This document shows, piece after piece, positions 35,488-43,603 of a stretch of DNA of 64,000 bases. Numbering within the stretch: the stretch's first letter is position 1; every line of letters starts with the position of its first letter. The DNA is taken from positions 3,580 through 67,579 of the forward strand of contig CAZPQJ010000006.1 of NCBI GenBank assembly GCA_964588955.1, given 5' to 3'. The notes under the pieces are model-generated. The model made no database searches. It had not been told where the DNA came from and saw nothing but the letters and a program-made list of their open reading frames with translations. The position numbers and the translations under genes are program-made. This DNA is from an uncultured Gammaproteobacteria bacterium. GTDB taxonomy: Bacteria; Patescibacteriota; Patescibacteriia; UBA9934; CAMTUG01.

Positions 35488-35871
35488 ATGAAACGCGTCG
35501 TTCTCGCCTCTATTCTTGCCAGTGTATTGCTTACCTTTTCCAGCTTGGGCGGAATGGCCTTGTTTGGCATGCGGGGAGATATGCACATGGCTCCTGTCGT
35601 TTGTGCCGACCAGGTTTGTGCTCCAACCGCACACGTCGTTCCAACAGGAACGGAATGTCTCGATCATTGTTTGACGGTTGCTTCTGTCTTTAACACGGTT
35701 GTCGCTCCCTTGCCGTTCGTCGCTCTATTGATCGTTTTTTTCTCTTTTCTCCTTTTTTCTTCATCTTTCTCTTTTTCTTTTCTCTCTCCCCAAATCATTT
35801 ACCGCTTTCGCGAAGGGATAGGAAAATTATTGCTGCGTCGACAGTTAGCCACGGTGGTGTTGCGTAATTAA
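35488..35871 (+). CDS. Cys/His/Met-containing membrane leader protein upstream of copA (DUF2946-like)
   Basis: Signal/TM helix, MHM, CADQVC, CLDHC, second hydrophobic segment. Confidence 0.55.
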   Translation: MKRVVLASILASVLLTFSSLGGMALFGMRGDMHMAPVVCADQVCAPTAHVVPTGTECLDHCLTVASVFNTVVAPLPFVALLIVFFSFLLFSSSFSFSFLSPQIIYRFREGIGKLLLRRQLATVVLRN

Positions 35872-35873
35872 TT

Positions 35874-35919
35874 CCAAGCACTCTTCCGCCCGTTTGCGGT
35901 TTGCTTGGTTTTATTTTTC
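35874..35919 (+). terminator. Terminator/attenuator-like hairpin directly before copA
   Basis: ccaagca..ccgc-ccgttt-gcgg..tgcttgg followed by ttttattttt. Confidence 0.5.
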
Positions 35920-35926
35920 ACGCTTT

Positions 35927-38221
35927 ATGGAAACATCAACGTATAAAATTAAAGGGATGCACTGCGCTTCCTGCGCCGGCATGATTGAAAAGACGTTCAA
36001 GAAAGTCGACGGGGTCACTTCTGCCGAAGTTAATTACGGCACCGAAGCGGCGAAGATCGCGTTTGACGCGTCCAAAACAAGTCCAGAACAATTGTCCAAA
36101 ACGATCGAACCCCTTGGCTATTCCCTGATCGTGGAAACGGCGGAGTCGATGCATATGACCCCGAGCGAACATGCCGCTCATACGGGAATTGGGCAATCGA
36201 AAAAAGAGAAGCTGATGGAGATTGCCGAGATGCGCCGCAAGGTGTTATCGATGATCCCGTTGGCGGCTATCAGTGTTGTTGTGATGGTTTGGGACATTTT
36301 GTCGGAGGTGCGTTTAGTCGCTGAAATGCCAGTTGTCTTCGAGGAATTTGTTCATCATTTGTTACCGCTCATGGCGCTGTACGCGTTGGCGGTTGTGGGT
36401 AAACCGTATTTACTCGGTGTGTACCGATTCTTGCGTTACGGCACAGCAAACATGGACACGTTGATTGGTATCGGTACATTGGCGGCCTTTTTTTACAGTT
36501 TTGTTGTCACGGCTTTTGAAGAAGCATTGCGACCGTTTGTGAACGTCGATCAAACTTATTACGACGTGACCATTGTCGTGATTGCGTTCATTGCTTTGGG
36601 GAAGTACCTGGAGGCGCGGTCAAAAGTAAAGACCGGCGACGCGATTGAGAAGCTGCTGAACTTGCAAGCCAAAACGGCACGGGTGATGCGCGGCGGAGTG
36701 GAGATGGATGTGACGGTCAACGAGGTGGTGCATGGAGATTTGGTGATGGTAAAGCCGGGCGAGCGCGTTCCGGTTGATGGTGTGTTAACCGAAGGCGCGT
36801 CGTATGTGGATGAGGCGGTGGTGACCGGGGAGCCGATGCCGGTCAAAAAAGTGGTTGGCGACACGGTGATTTCTGGAACAATGAACACGAGTGGAGCGTT
36901 TACCTTTCAGGCCACCAACGTGGGCGCGGAAACGATGCTCTCGAGAATCATTAAAATGGTGGAAGAAGCGCAGGGGAGTCGCGCGCCGATTCAGGCATTG
37001 GCAGACAAAATATCGGCAGTGTTTGTGCCGATCGTTTTGGTGATCGCTTTTTTGACCCTGGCGGTTTGGTTAATCGTCGGCAGCCAGTATCTTGGATTCT
37101 CTCAAGCGCTTTCTCGTGGTTTGGTCTCGTTTGTTGGCGTACTGGTTATTGCTTGCCCGTGCGCGCTTGGACTAGCTACTCCGACGGCGATTATCGTCGG
37201 GGTGGGCAAGGGGGCGAGAGAGGGGATTTTGGTGAAGGACGCGGCCACGCTGGAGAAACTGTATAAAGTAAACACCGTGGTGGTCGATAAAACCGGAACG
37301 CTTACGCGTGGGAAGCCGGAGCTTGTTTCTGTGCGTCCATTGGCCGACATGTCCGAGCAAGAGCTTGTGACCATCCTTGCCGCCTTGGAAAAAACATCGG
37401 AGCATCCGATTGCCCACGCCATTGTAGGTTACGCGGAAACGCAAGCACTTGCATTGCCATCTGTTGTCGGTTTTGAGGCGATCAAGGGGCAAGGGCTGAA
37501 AGGTGTTATTAACGGCGTGGAATATTACGCGGGAAATTCTAAGCTCGTCGCTTCGCTTAACCTTTCCGTCGACACGACTTCGTTAGACAAGGAAACGACC
37601 GAGGGCAAGACGCCGGTGATTCTCGCGACAAAAGATAAACTCCTCGGCATCATCATGGTCGCCGATGCTATCAAGCCGGAAGCGGTCGAAGCCGTGGCTC
37701 ACTTGCATAAACTCGGCATCAAGGTGGTGATGTTGACCGGAGACAACAAAAACACGGCGGAGTTTATTGGTCGTCAGATTGGCGTTGATGAAGTGGTGGC
37801 GGAGGTGTTGCCGGAAGGGAAGTTACAAAAAATCACCGCGTTACAAGCGGAAGGGAAGATTGTCGCCATGGCCGGCGATGGTGTTAACGATGCTCCTGCC
37901 CTAGCAAAAGCCGATGTCGGCATCGCTATGGCAACTGGTACCGACGTGGCTATTGAATCCGCCGGCATCACCTTGCTGCACGGCGACATAAGCAAACTCG
38001 TGAGCGCCATTATGCTCTCCAAGTTGACCATGCGCGGGATCAAACAAAATCTTTTCTGGGCTTTTGCCTACAACGTGATTGGCATTCCCTTGGCCGCGGG
38101 TCTTTTTTACCCCATTTTTGGCTGGCTCCTAAGCCCTATTTTTGCCGGTATGGCCATGGCCTTTTCCAGTGTCTCGGTTGTAGGAAACGCGTTGCGCCTC
38201 AAAACCAAATCTCTCTCCTAG
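35927..38221 (+). CDS. copA: Copper-translocating P1B-type ATPase
   Basis: GMHCASC HMA domain, TGE, CPCALG, DKTGT, SEHP, GDGVND, YN and MAFSS. Confidence 0.95.
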   Translation: METSTYKIKGMHCASCAGMIEKTFKKVDGVTSAEVNYGTEAAKIAFDASKTSPEQLSKTIEPLGYSLIVETAESMHMTPSEHAAHTGIGQSKKEKLMEIAEMRRKVLSMIPLAAISVVVMVWDILSEVRLVAEMPVVFEEFVHHLLPLMALYALAVVGKPYLLGVYRFLRYGTANMDTLIGIGTLAAFFYSFVVTAFEEALRPFVNVDQTYYDVTIVVIAFIALGKYLEARSKVKTGDAIEKLLNLQAKTARVMRGGVEMDVTVNEVVHGDLVMVKPGERVPVDGVLTEGASYVDEAVVTGEPMPVKKVVGDTVISGTMNTSGAFTFQATNVGAETMLSRIIKMVEEAQGSRAPIQALADKISAVFVPIVLVIAFLTLAVWLIVGSQYLGFSQALSRGLVSFVGVLVIACPCALGLATPTAIIVGVGKGAREGILVKDAATLEKLYKVNTVVVDKTGTLTRGKPELVSVRPLADMSEQELVTILAALEKTSEHPIAHAIVGYAETQALALPSVVGFEAIKGQGLKGVINGVEYYAGNSKLVASLNLSVDTTSLDKETTEGKTPVILATKDKLLGIIMVADAIKPEAVEAVAHLHKLGIKVVMLTGDNKNTAEFIGRQIGVDEVVAEVLPEGKLQKITALQAEGKIVAMAGDGVNDAPALAKADVGIAMATGTDVAIESAGITLLHGDISKLVSAIMLSKLTMRGIKQNLFWAFAYNVIGIPLAAGLFYPIFGWLLSPIFAGMAMAFSSVSVVGNALRLKTKSLS

Positions 38222-38222
38222 T

Positions 38223-39242
38223 ATGCAAACTTACACCTTTCACATTGCCGGCACGCACTGCCAGGCTTGTGTCCTGTTAACCGAAAGTACCCTTCTCGAT
38301 GTCCCGAAGATCACGCAGGCAAAAACCCGTCTTCACGAACAAACCGTGGAAGTAACCGGAGAGTTTGGCGATGAAGAACCGGCAGCTATCGCAGCGGAGT
38401 TAACGCGCGTCCTCGCCAAGCATGGTTATACGTTATCGGTCGAAAAACAGCGCCAGAAAAAACAATGGGGAGAGTTCAAACGGGCTGTCCCGATCGCCAT
38501 GGCGCTGATTATTGCCTTTGTTCTTTTGCAAAAAGCGGGAATCGTCAACGTGATCGGAGCGGGGGAGACGTCGTACCTTACCGCCTTCTTGGTTGGTGTT
38601 GTCGCTTCGCTTTCTACCTGCATGGCGATTGTTGGCGGATTGGTGCTCTCGATGTCGGCGACGTTTGCCAAGAATGGCGACGCGGTGAAACCGCAGGTGA
38701 TGTTTCATGTTGGGCGCATCGTCTCGTTCTTTATCCTTGGGGGAGTGATCGGCATGCTCGGTTCCGCTTTTCGTTTGAGCGGTTTGGGATCCCTTATTAT
38801 TGGTGTTGTGATTGGACTGGTGATGGTGATTCTTGGAGTCAACTTGCTCGACGTCACCGACTGGACTAAACGTCTTCAGCCGTCTATGCCCAAGGTTTTC
38901 TCTAAACACGCCATGGGAGTCTCTGCCTTGAATCATACCTTGACGCCGTTGTTGGTCGGCATCGCTACCTTCTTCTTGCCCTGCGGCTTTACGCAGTCGA
39001 TGCAGTTATACGCCCTTTCCACGGGGAGCTTTTTGACCGGCGGACTCACCATGCTCGCGTTCGCGTTAGGGACGCTGCCCGTGTTGGCGTTGATTAGCGT
39101 TAGTTCGTTCAGTGTGGAGAAGAGTCCACACAGAGGGGTCTTCTTTAAGACGGCCGGATTAATTGTTATTCTCTTCGCCCTGTTCAACATCGTGAATGCT
39201 TTGGCCGCTGCTGGGTATATTGCCCCTGTCTTTAGTTTCTAA
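38223..39242 (+). CDS. HMA + DsbD_2/TauE-like membrane protein (copper associated)
   Basis: GTHCQAC; SLSTCMAIVGG; FHVGR; FFLPCGFTQ. Confidence 0.85.
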   Translation: MQTYTFHIAGTHCQACVLLTESTLLDVPKITQAKTRLHEQTVEVTGEFGDEEPAAIAAELTRVLAKHGYTLSVEKQRQKKQWGEFKRAVPIAMALIIAFVLLQKAGIVNVIGAGETSYLTAFLVGVVASLSTCMAIVGGLVLSMSATFAKNGDAVKPQVMFHVGRIVSFFILGGVIGMLGSAFRLSGLGSLIIGVVIGLVMVILGVNLLDVTDWTKRLQPSMPKVFSKHAMGVSALNHTLTPLLVGIATFFLPCGFTQSMQLYALSTGSFLTGGLTMLAFALGTLPVLALISVSSFSVEKSPHRGVFFKTAGLIVILFALFNIVNALAAAGYIAPVFSF

Positions 39243-39255
39243 TTGTCTTGGTTCT

Positions 39256-39663
39256 ATGAAGTCTAATCTTGCCTTTCCTGTTGTCATGGCTATTCTTGTT
39301 TTGGGAGTCATCTTTATTTTTCGTGGAGCTCTTGGAGGGGGAGCAAACACAGCGGTTGCTCCCGCGGTCGACGGCTCAAACGTGACGGTCGTCGATGGTC
39401 AACAAATCGTAACGATTACGGTTAAAGGCGGCTATCAACCACAGACAACCGTGGTGCAAGCCGGTTTGCCAACCACTCTACGTTTTGTAACCAGTGGAAC
39501 GTACGACTGCTCTTCTTCCATGCGCATCCCGAGTTTAAACATCAGTAAAAACTTGCCGGCGACAGGTCAAACAGACGTTGACCTCGGTGTTTTGTCCGCG
39601 GGAACAGTGCAAGGCACCTGTAGCATGGGCATGTATCGATTCACGCTCACCGCGCAAGGATAA
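39256..39663 (+). CDS. Cupredoxin domain protein
   Basis: TM; GGYQP; YDCSS; CSMGMY. Confidence 0.85.
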   Translation: MKSNLAFPVVMAILVLGVIFIFRGALGGGANTAVAPAVDGSNVTVVDGQQIVTITVKGGYQPQTTVVQAGLPTTLRFVTSGTYDCSSSMRIPSLNISKNLPATGQTDVDLGVLSAGTVQGTCSMGMYRFTLTAQG

Positions 39664-39736
39664 GGAGACTCAGGTGAGGACAAAATGGTAAACGATCATT
39701 ACGAATCTTTGTAAGATAAAAGCAGCCACGTGTACT

Positions 39737-40057
39737 ATGAAAAAGCCATCTCTTTATCCGCAGCCGCTAGATCTTTTAGTAGATTGTTTGCGCAGCAAAG
39801 ATCCCGCAGACCTGGCTACCTGGTTTGCGCCTGAAGGGGAGGGGATCTTTTTGCAGGAAGTGGTGGATGCCGCCCGCGTGCGGACGATGGAAGAGCTGAT
39901 GGACGCCTTTTCGATAGATACGGAAGATCCTCATTGCCCCAAGCCAGAAACGGAGGAGTGGTGGATGATTTACGAGTGGCATCCCGTGCGTAAACAGCTC
40001 ATTCGTGGGGAGGAATTGCGAGAACGGCTTAAACGAGAACGGTTGCTCTTGGCCTAA
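39737..40057 (+). CDS. Hypothetical protein
   Basis: ORF with ctATG start that fills the gap. Confidence 0.5.
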   Translation: MKKPSLYPQPLDLLVDCLRSKDPADLATWFAPEGEGIFLQEVVDAARVRTMEELMDAFSIDTEDPHCPKPETEEWWMIYEWHPVRKQLIRGEELRERLKRERLLLA

Positions 40058-40084
40058 AAGACACAAGGGGATTATACTCGCGTC

Positions 40085-41212
40085 ATGCATTACGTTTCTT
40101 TGGTGTTTGGATGCGGATACCGCCGGCTCATGAAGCCTGTGCTTTTTCGGTTAAATCCCGAACGGGTGCATGACGCGTTTACGCTCCTTGGGCGTGCGCT
40201 CGGCGCGACGGTGTTGGGGCGATTTGTTGTGAAGCAGCTATTCGCTTTTGAACATCCCATGCTCGCGCAAACCGTTCTTGGAATGCGTTTCCAGAATCCC
40301 ATTGGGCTCAGCGCGGGTTTTGATAAAAATGCCGTGCTCACCAACATACTTCCGTCGGTGGGTTTTGGATTTGCGGAAGTCGGATCTGTTACGGGGGAGC
40401 CGTGCCAAGGAAATCCGAAACCGCGCTTGTGGAGACTGCCGAAATCACGGGCGCTCGTGGTGCATTATGGACTCCTTAATGATGGTTGCGTGGCGATTGC
40501 TAAACGGTTGCGCGGACGTGCCTTTACTATTCCTGTGGGGGTGAGCGTGGCAAAAACGAATAGTCCGCAGACGGTGGATCTTCTGGCGGGAATCGCGGAT
40601 TACGAGAAAGCATTTCGCGAGACGCATGCGTTGTTTGCCTATGTAACGGTGAATATAAGTTGCCCCAACGCCTTTGGGGGAGAACCGTTCGCGCAGCCGG
40701 ATCGGTTAGAGCCGTTGTTGGCACGATTAGATACGATCCAGACAACGAAACCTGTTTTTGTAAAGTTGCCCGTGGATTTGTCGATCGAGGCTGTGGATGA
40801 GATCGTTGCCGTGCTTATGCGTCATCGGGTTCATGGCGTGGTTGTGGCGAATTTGACCAAGCGTCGTGACCGCCCAGAAATTCAAAAAGAGGAACTTGCG
40901 CGTGTTGGATCTGGGGGGATAAGCGGAAAACCTACCTACGACGCCTCCAATCGATTGATCGCCCATCTTTACCAAACAGTGGGGGATCGGCTGGTTATTA
41001 TCGGGTCTGGCGGGGTGTTCACGGCCAACGATGCTTACGAGAAGATTCGTGCCGGCGCCACGCTTGTACAACTGATTACCGGGATGATTTTTGAGGGGCC
41101 GCAGGTTATAGGGCAGATCAACCGCGGGTTGGTGGATCTTTTGAAAAAAGATGGGTTTTCTTCTGTTGCGGAGGCGGTGGGAAGTGGGGAAAAACAAAAA
41201 CATCACGCGTAA
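40085..41212 (+). CDS. pyrD: Dihydroorotate dehydrogenase (quinone), class 2
   Basis: GLSAGFDKN, GNPKPRLWRL, NISCPN, GGISGKP, IRAGATLVQL. Confidence 0.93.
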   Translation: MHYVSLVFGCGYRRLMKPVLFRLNPERVHDAFTLLGRALGATVLGRFVVKQLFAFEHPMLAQTVLGMRFQNPIGLSAGFDKNAVLTNILPSVGFGFAEVGSVTGEPCQGNPKPRLWRLPKSRALVVHYGLLNDGCVAIAKRLRGRAFTIPVGVSVAKTNSPQTVDLLAGIADYEKAFRETHALFAYVTVNISCPNAFGGEPFAQPDRLEPLLARLDTIQTTKPVFVKLPVDLSIEAVDEIVAVLMRHRVHGVVVANLTKRRDRPEIQKEELARVGSGGISGKPTYDASNRLIAHLYQTVGDRLVIIGSGGVFTANDAYEKIRAGATLVQLITGMIFEGPQVIGQINRGLVDLLKKDGFSSVAEAVGSGEKQKHHA

Positions 41213-41226
41213 TGGCGTGATAGTTT

Positions 41227-41312
41227 TGGTGGGCAGGGATGGGTTCGAACCATCGAAGGCGTGAGCCAGGAGATTTACAGTCTCCCCCGTTTGACCACTT
41301 CGGTACCTGCCC
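41227..41312 (-). tRNA. tRNA-Tyr(GTA)
   Basis: GGAGA-CUGUAAA-UCUCC; long variable arm; CCA. Confidence 0.97.
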
Positions 41313-41366
41313 TTAGTGGTTGGAACGTCGTTATACTAACCAAGTTTTGACAACCTGTAAAGGGCG

Positions 41367-41395
41367 TTGACACGATAGGTTTTTTCTATTAGTAT
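41367..41395 (+). promoter_or_regulatory. Promoter for tRNA-Thr(TGT)
   Basis: TTGACA-17 bp-TAGTAT. Confidence 0.65.
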
Positions 41396-41425
41396 TGCCA
41401 CTGCGGATCGTCGAGAAAGGCGTTT

Positions 41426-41500
41426 GCCGCCTTAGCTCAGCGGTAGAGCAACACTTTTGTAAAGTGAAGGTCCCCGGTTCAAATCCGGGAGGCGGCTCCA
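41426..41500 (+). tRNA. tRNA-Thr(TGT)
   Basis: Cloverleaf; loop UUUGUAA; CCA. Confidence 0.96.
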
Positions 41501-41670
41501 GCAAGCTTTCCCGACAGACTGCGCTTAGGCTCATGGCCATTCGCCTTGCGCTGTCGTCTGTCGGTCGCTTGCTTTGCCCAGCTCTGCTGGGCACCGGCGA
41601 CGGGGTGGGACAAGAATCCATTGACAAAATACCCCTGTTTTGATACCCTCCAGCAATCAAATAAACCACT

Positions 41671-41826
41671 ATGTCTCAAGATAATCGCGTCAAATTGGAG
41701 TGCACGGAGTGTAAGAAGGTCGGCTACAACACCAAGAAGAACAAGAAGACCATCAAGGAACGTTTGAAACTTAGCAAGTTCTGCAAGTGGTGCCGGTCTC
41801 ACACCGAACACAAAGAAACCAAGTAA
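41671..41826 (+). CDS. rpmG: 50S ribosomal protein L33, zinc-ribbon type (not in ORF track)
   Basis: [51 protein letters not shown]. Confidence 0.95.
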   Translation: MSQDNRVKLECTECKKVGYNTKKNKKTIKERLKLSKFCKWCRSHTEHKETK

Positions 41827-41889
41827 ATCAAAACCGCCTTCGGGCGGTTCTTGATTTTCCTAAGCGGAATCGTTATAGTGTCGCGGCAT

Positions 41890-41964
41890 AGGGGTGTAGT
41901 GAAATGGCTATCACTAGGGTCTCCAAAACCCTCATTCAGGGTTCGAATCCCTGCGCCCCTGCCA
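41890..41964 (+). tRNA. tRNA-Trp(CCA)
   Basis: AGGGU-CUCCAAA-ACCCU; CCA end. Confidence 0.96.
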
Positions 41965-42023
41965 CAAATAATCCTGCTCTCGAGCAGGATTATTTGTATT
42001 TACTTTCTCAAAGTAAACTATCC

Positions 42024-42518
42024 ATGTATCCTAACGGCAATATGTTTCAAGACTTTTCCATTAAGGCCGCCAAGAGCCAGGCGAAGTCCAATGGTCTGGA
42101 TACATGGGCGTATGATTTCCTCAACGGCCCTGGGAAAAATAAAGAAATGGCCCGGGGCATGCAAAAACGAAGAAAGAAGGACAAGCTTTTTTGGTTGGGT
42201 CCAATCTTCTTCCCACTCAAAGAAATGGAAAGATGTTGTGGACCAGAAGCAAAAATGGAATTTGTTGAATCGCAAAAAGATTGGGAGAAGCGTGTTGGTA
42301 AACTTGTCGTAGCGTTAAAAAAGGGTTGGGAAGCTCCTGTCCTTATTGTGAATCCTCGCCCGTGGCCCGTGTTGTCTGTTCGAGATGGCAACCATCGTCA
42401 TGAGGCTCTCAAACGCATGAAGAAAAGAAAGTATTGGACACTCTTTTGGTTTGATAGCGAAAAAGACCGTGTAAAATTTATAAGAAAATACAAAATCAGC
42501 CATTCATCACCATTTTGA
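42024..42518 (+). CDS. ParB/Sulfiredoxin N-terminal-like domain protein
   Basis: PVLIV...LSVRDGNHRHEAL; AT-rich; follows tRNA-Trp. Confidence 0.65.
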   Translation: MYPNGNMFQDFSIKAAKSQAKSNGLDTWAYDFLNGPGKNKEMARGMQKRRKKDKLFWLGPIFFPLKEMERCCGPEAKMEFVESQKDWEKRVGKLVVALKKGWEAPVLIVNPRPWPVLSVRDGNHRHEALKRMKKRKYWTLFWFDSEKDRVKFIRKYKISHSSPF

Positions 42519-42604
42519 TTTTGTCGCGTTGTGTGGATAACTTAGTTGCTCTATTTCCTGAGAGAGGGATACTTAAGATAGGCCTTATTATTAAGCAAAC
42601 CTAT

Positions 42605-42757
42605 ATGCTCATGACTATTGCCATCGTTCTCGTCCTACTTTGGCTCCTGGGAGTCATTGGATTTCATGTGGTTGCTTGGTTTATCCATCTTTTGCTCGTA
42701 TTGGCCGTTATCCTTGTGCTCGTCCGCATCATCCAAGGACGCAACCCTGTCGCGTAG
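42605..42757 (+). CDS. lmo0937-family small membrane protein
   Basis: MLMTIAIVLVLLWLLG...FIHLLLVLAVILVLVRIIQGRNP. Confidence 0.85.
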   Translation: MLMTIAIVLVLLWLLGVIGFHVVAWFIHLLLVLAVILVLVRIIQGRNPVA

Positions 42758-42787
42758 GGATTGTTTTTTATCAAAATTCTCGCCTGC

Positions 42788-42813
42788 AAACACTCCGCTT
42801 TGGCGGAGTGTTT
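42788..42813. terminator. Bidirectional terminator
   Basis: aaacactccgc-tttg-gcggagtgttt. Confidence 0.75.
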
Positions 42814-42842
42814 GTTATGAGCGATTTTCAGGAATAGGTGCG

Positions 42843-43502
42843 TTAGTTGAACCAATCCCATCCGCTCTGTTGACGGGTAAAGAGAACAGCTTTTTTCCCA
42901 GCCAGATAATCGCGGGGATTTAAGTCGTGGATGGCGTTCATGAAGGTGTCGTAGGCGACGCGCAGACTTTCGCCGCTCGATCGACCAGGGTCGTTGATGA
43001 TGAAGACGCCATCCGTGTCGTCGTAACCTGTGAGCACGATCACGTGATAGTCCGCCCCTTCGGCAGCCGAGTAGGTGGAAGAAAGCGCTGGGGCGTAGAC
43101 GGGAACGATGATGGGATTATTTTGTGCCAGTTCGGTTTTCAAATCTTCCACGCTGGGATCATAAACGATCTCTGTTTTCCAGGGGAGTCCCAAGGCATCG
43201 ATCAATTGAGCGATTGATTGTAAGGATTCATCTTTACTTACCGTTAAATCTGTTTTCTTGACCGCTAGAATTTCTCGAATGTGTGTAATCGCATCCGCTT
43301 GTTTGATTTCGTCGCCGGCGTAAAAACTGGCAATCATGTAAATAGACGTTTCTTCACAAGCATTTTGCCACGGCTCCGACCAATCGCCAGAAGGCGCTTG
43401 CGAAGTGAATGGTACGTTGATCGTTGTTTCAGTCGGCAAGGTTTGACCGCATCCGCTAAGCAGGAGAGAGACAACCGCCAGTGAGGGGAAAAGATACTTC
43501 AT
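42843..43502 (-). CDS. Lipoprotein, peptidase C39-like (paralog of 2105-3007)
   Basis: LSGC lipobox; VPFTSQAP..W..ACEET; YHVIVLTGYD; NDPG. Confidence 0.75.
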   Translation of the reverse strand: MKYLFPSLAVVSLLLSGCGQTLPTETTINVPFTSQAPSGDWSEPWQNACEETSIYMIASFYAGDEIKQADAITHIREILAVKKTDLTVSKDESLQSIAQLIDALGLPWKTEIVYDPSVEDLKTELAQNNPIIVPVYAPALSSTYSAAEGADYHVIVLTGYDDTDGVFIINDPGRSSGESLRVAYDTFMNAIHDLNPRDYLAGKKAVLFTRQQSGWDWFN

Positions 43503-43603
43503 ACAGGAGTCATCATACCGCGTGCATATCTTTTGTCGATTTTCTTTGCATCTTCCTGTATACTTCTTTGCAAGTGTTCAATGTTTTTTTCTTAATGGAT
43601 TGT

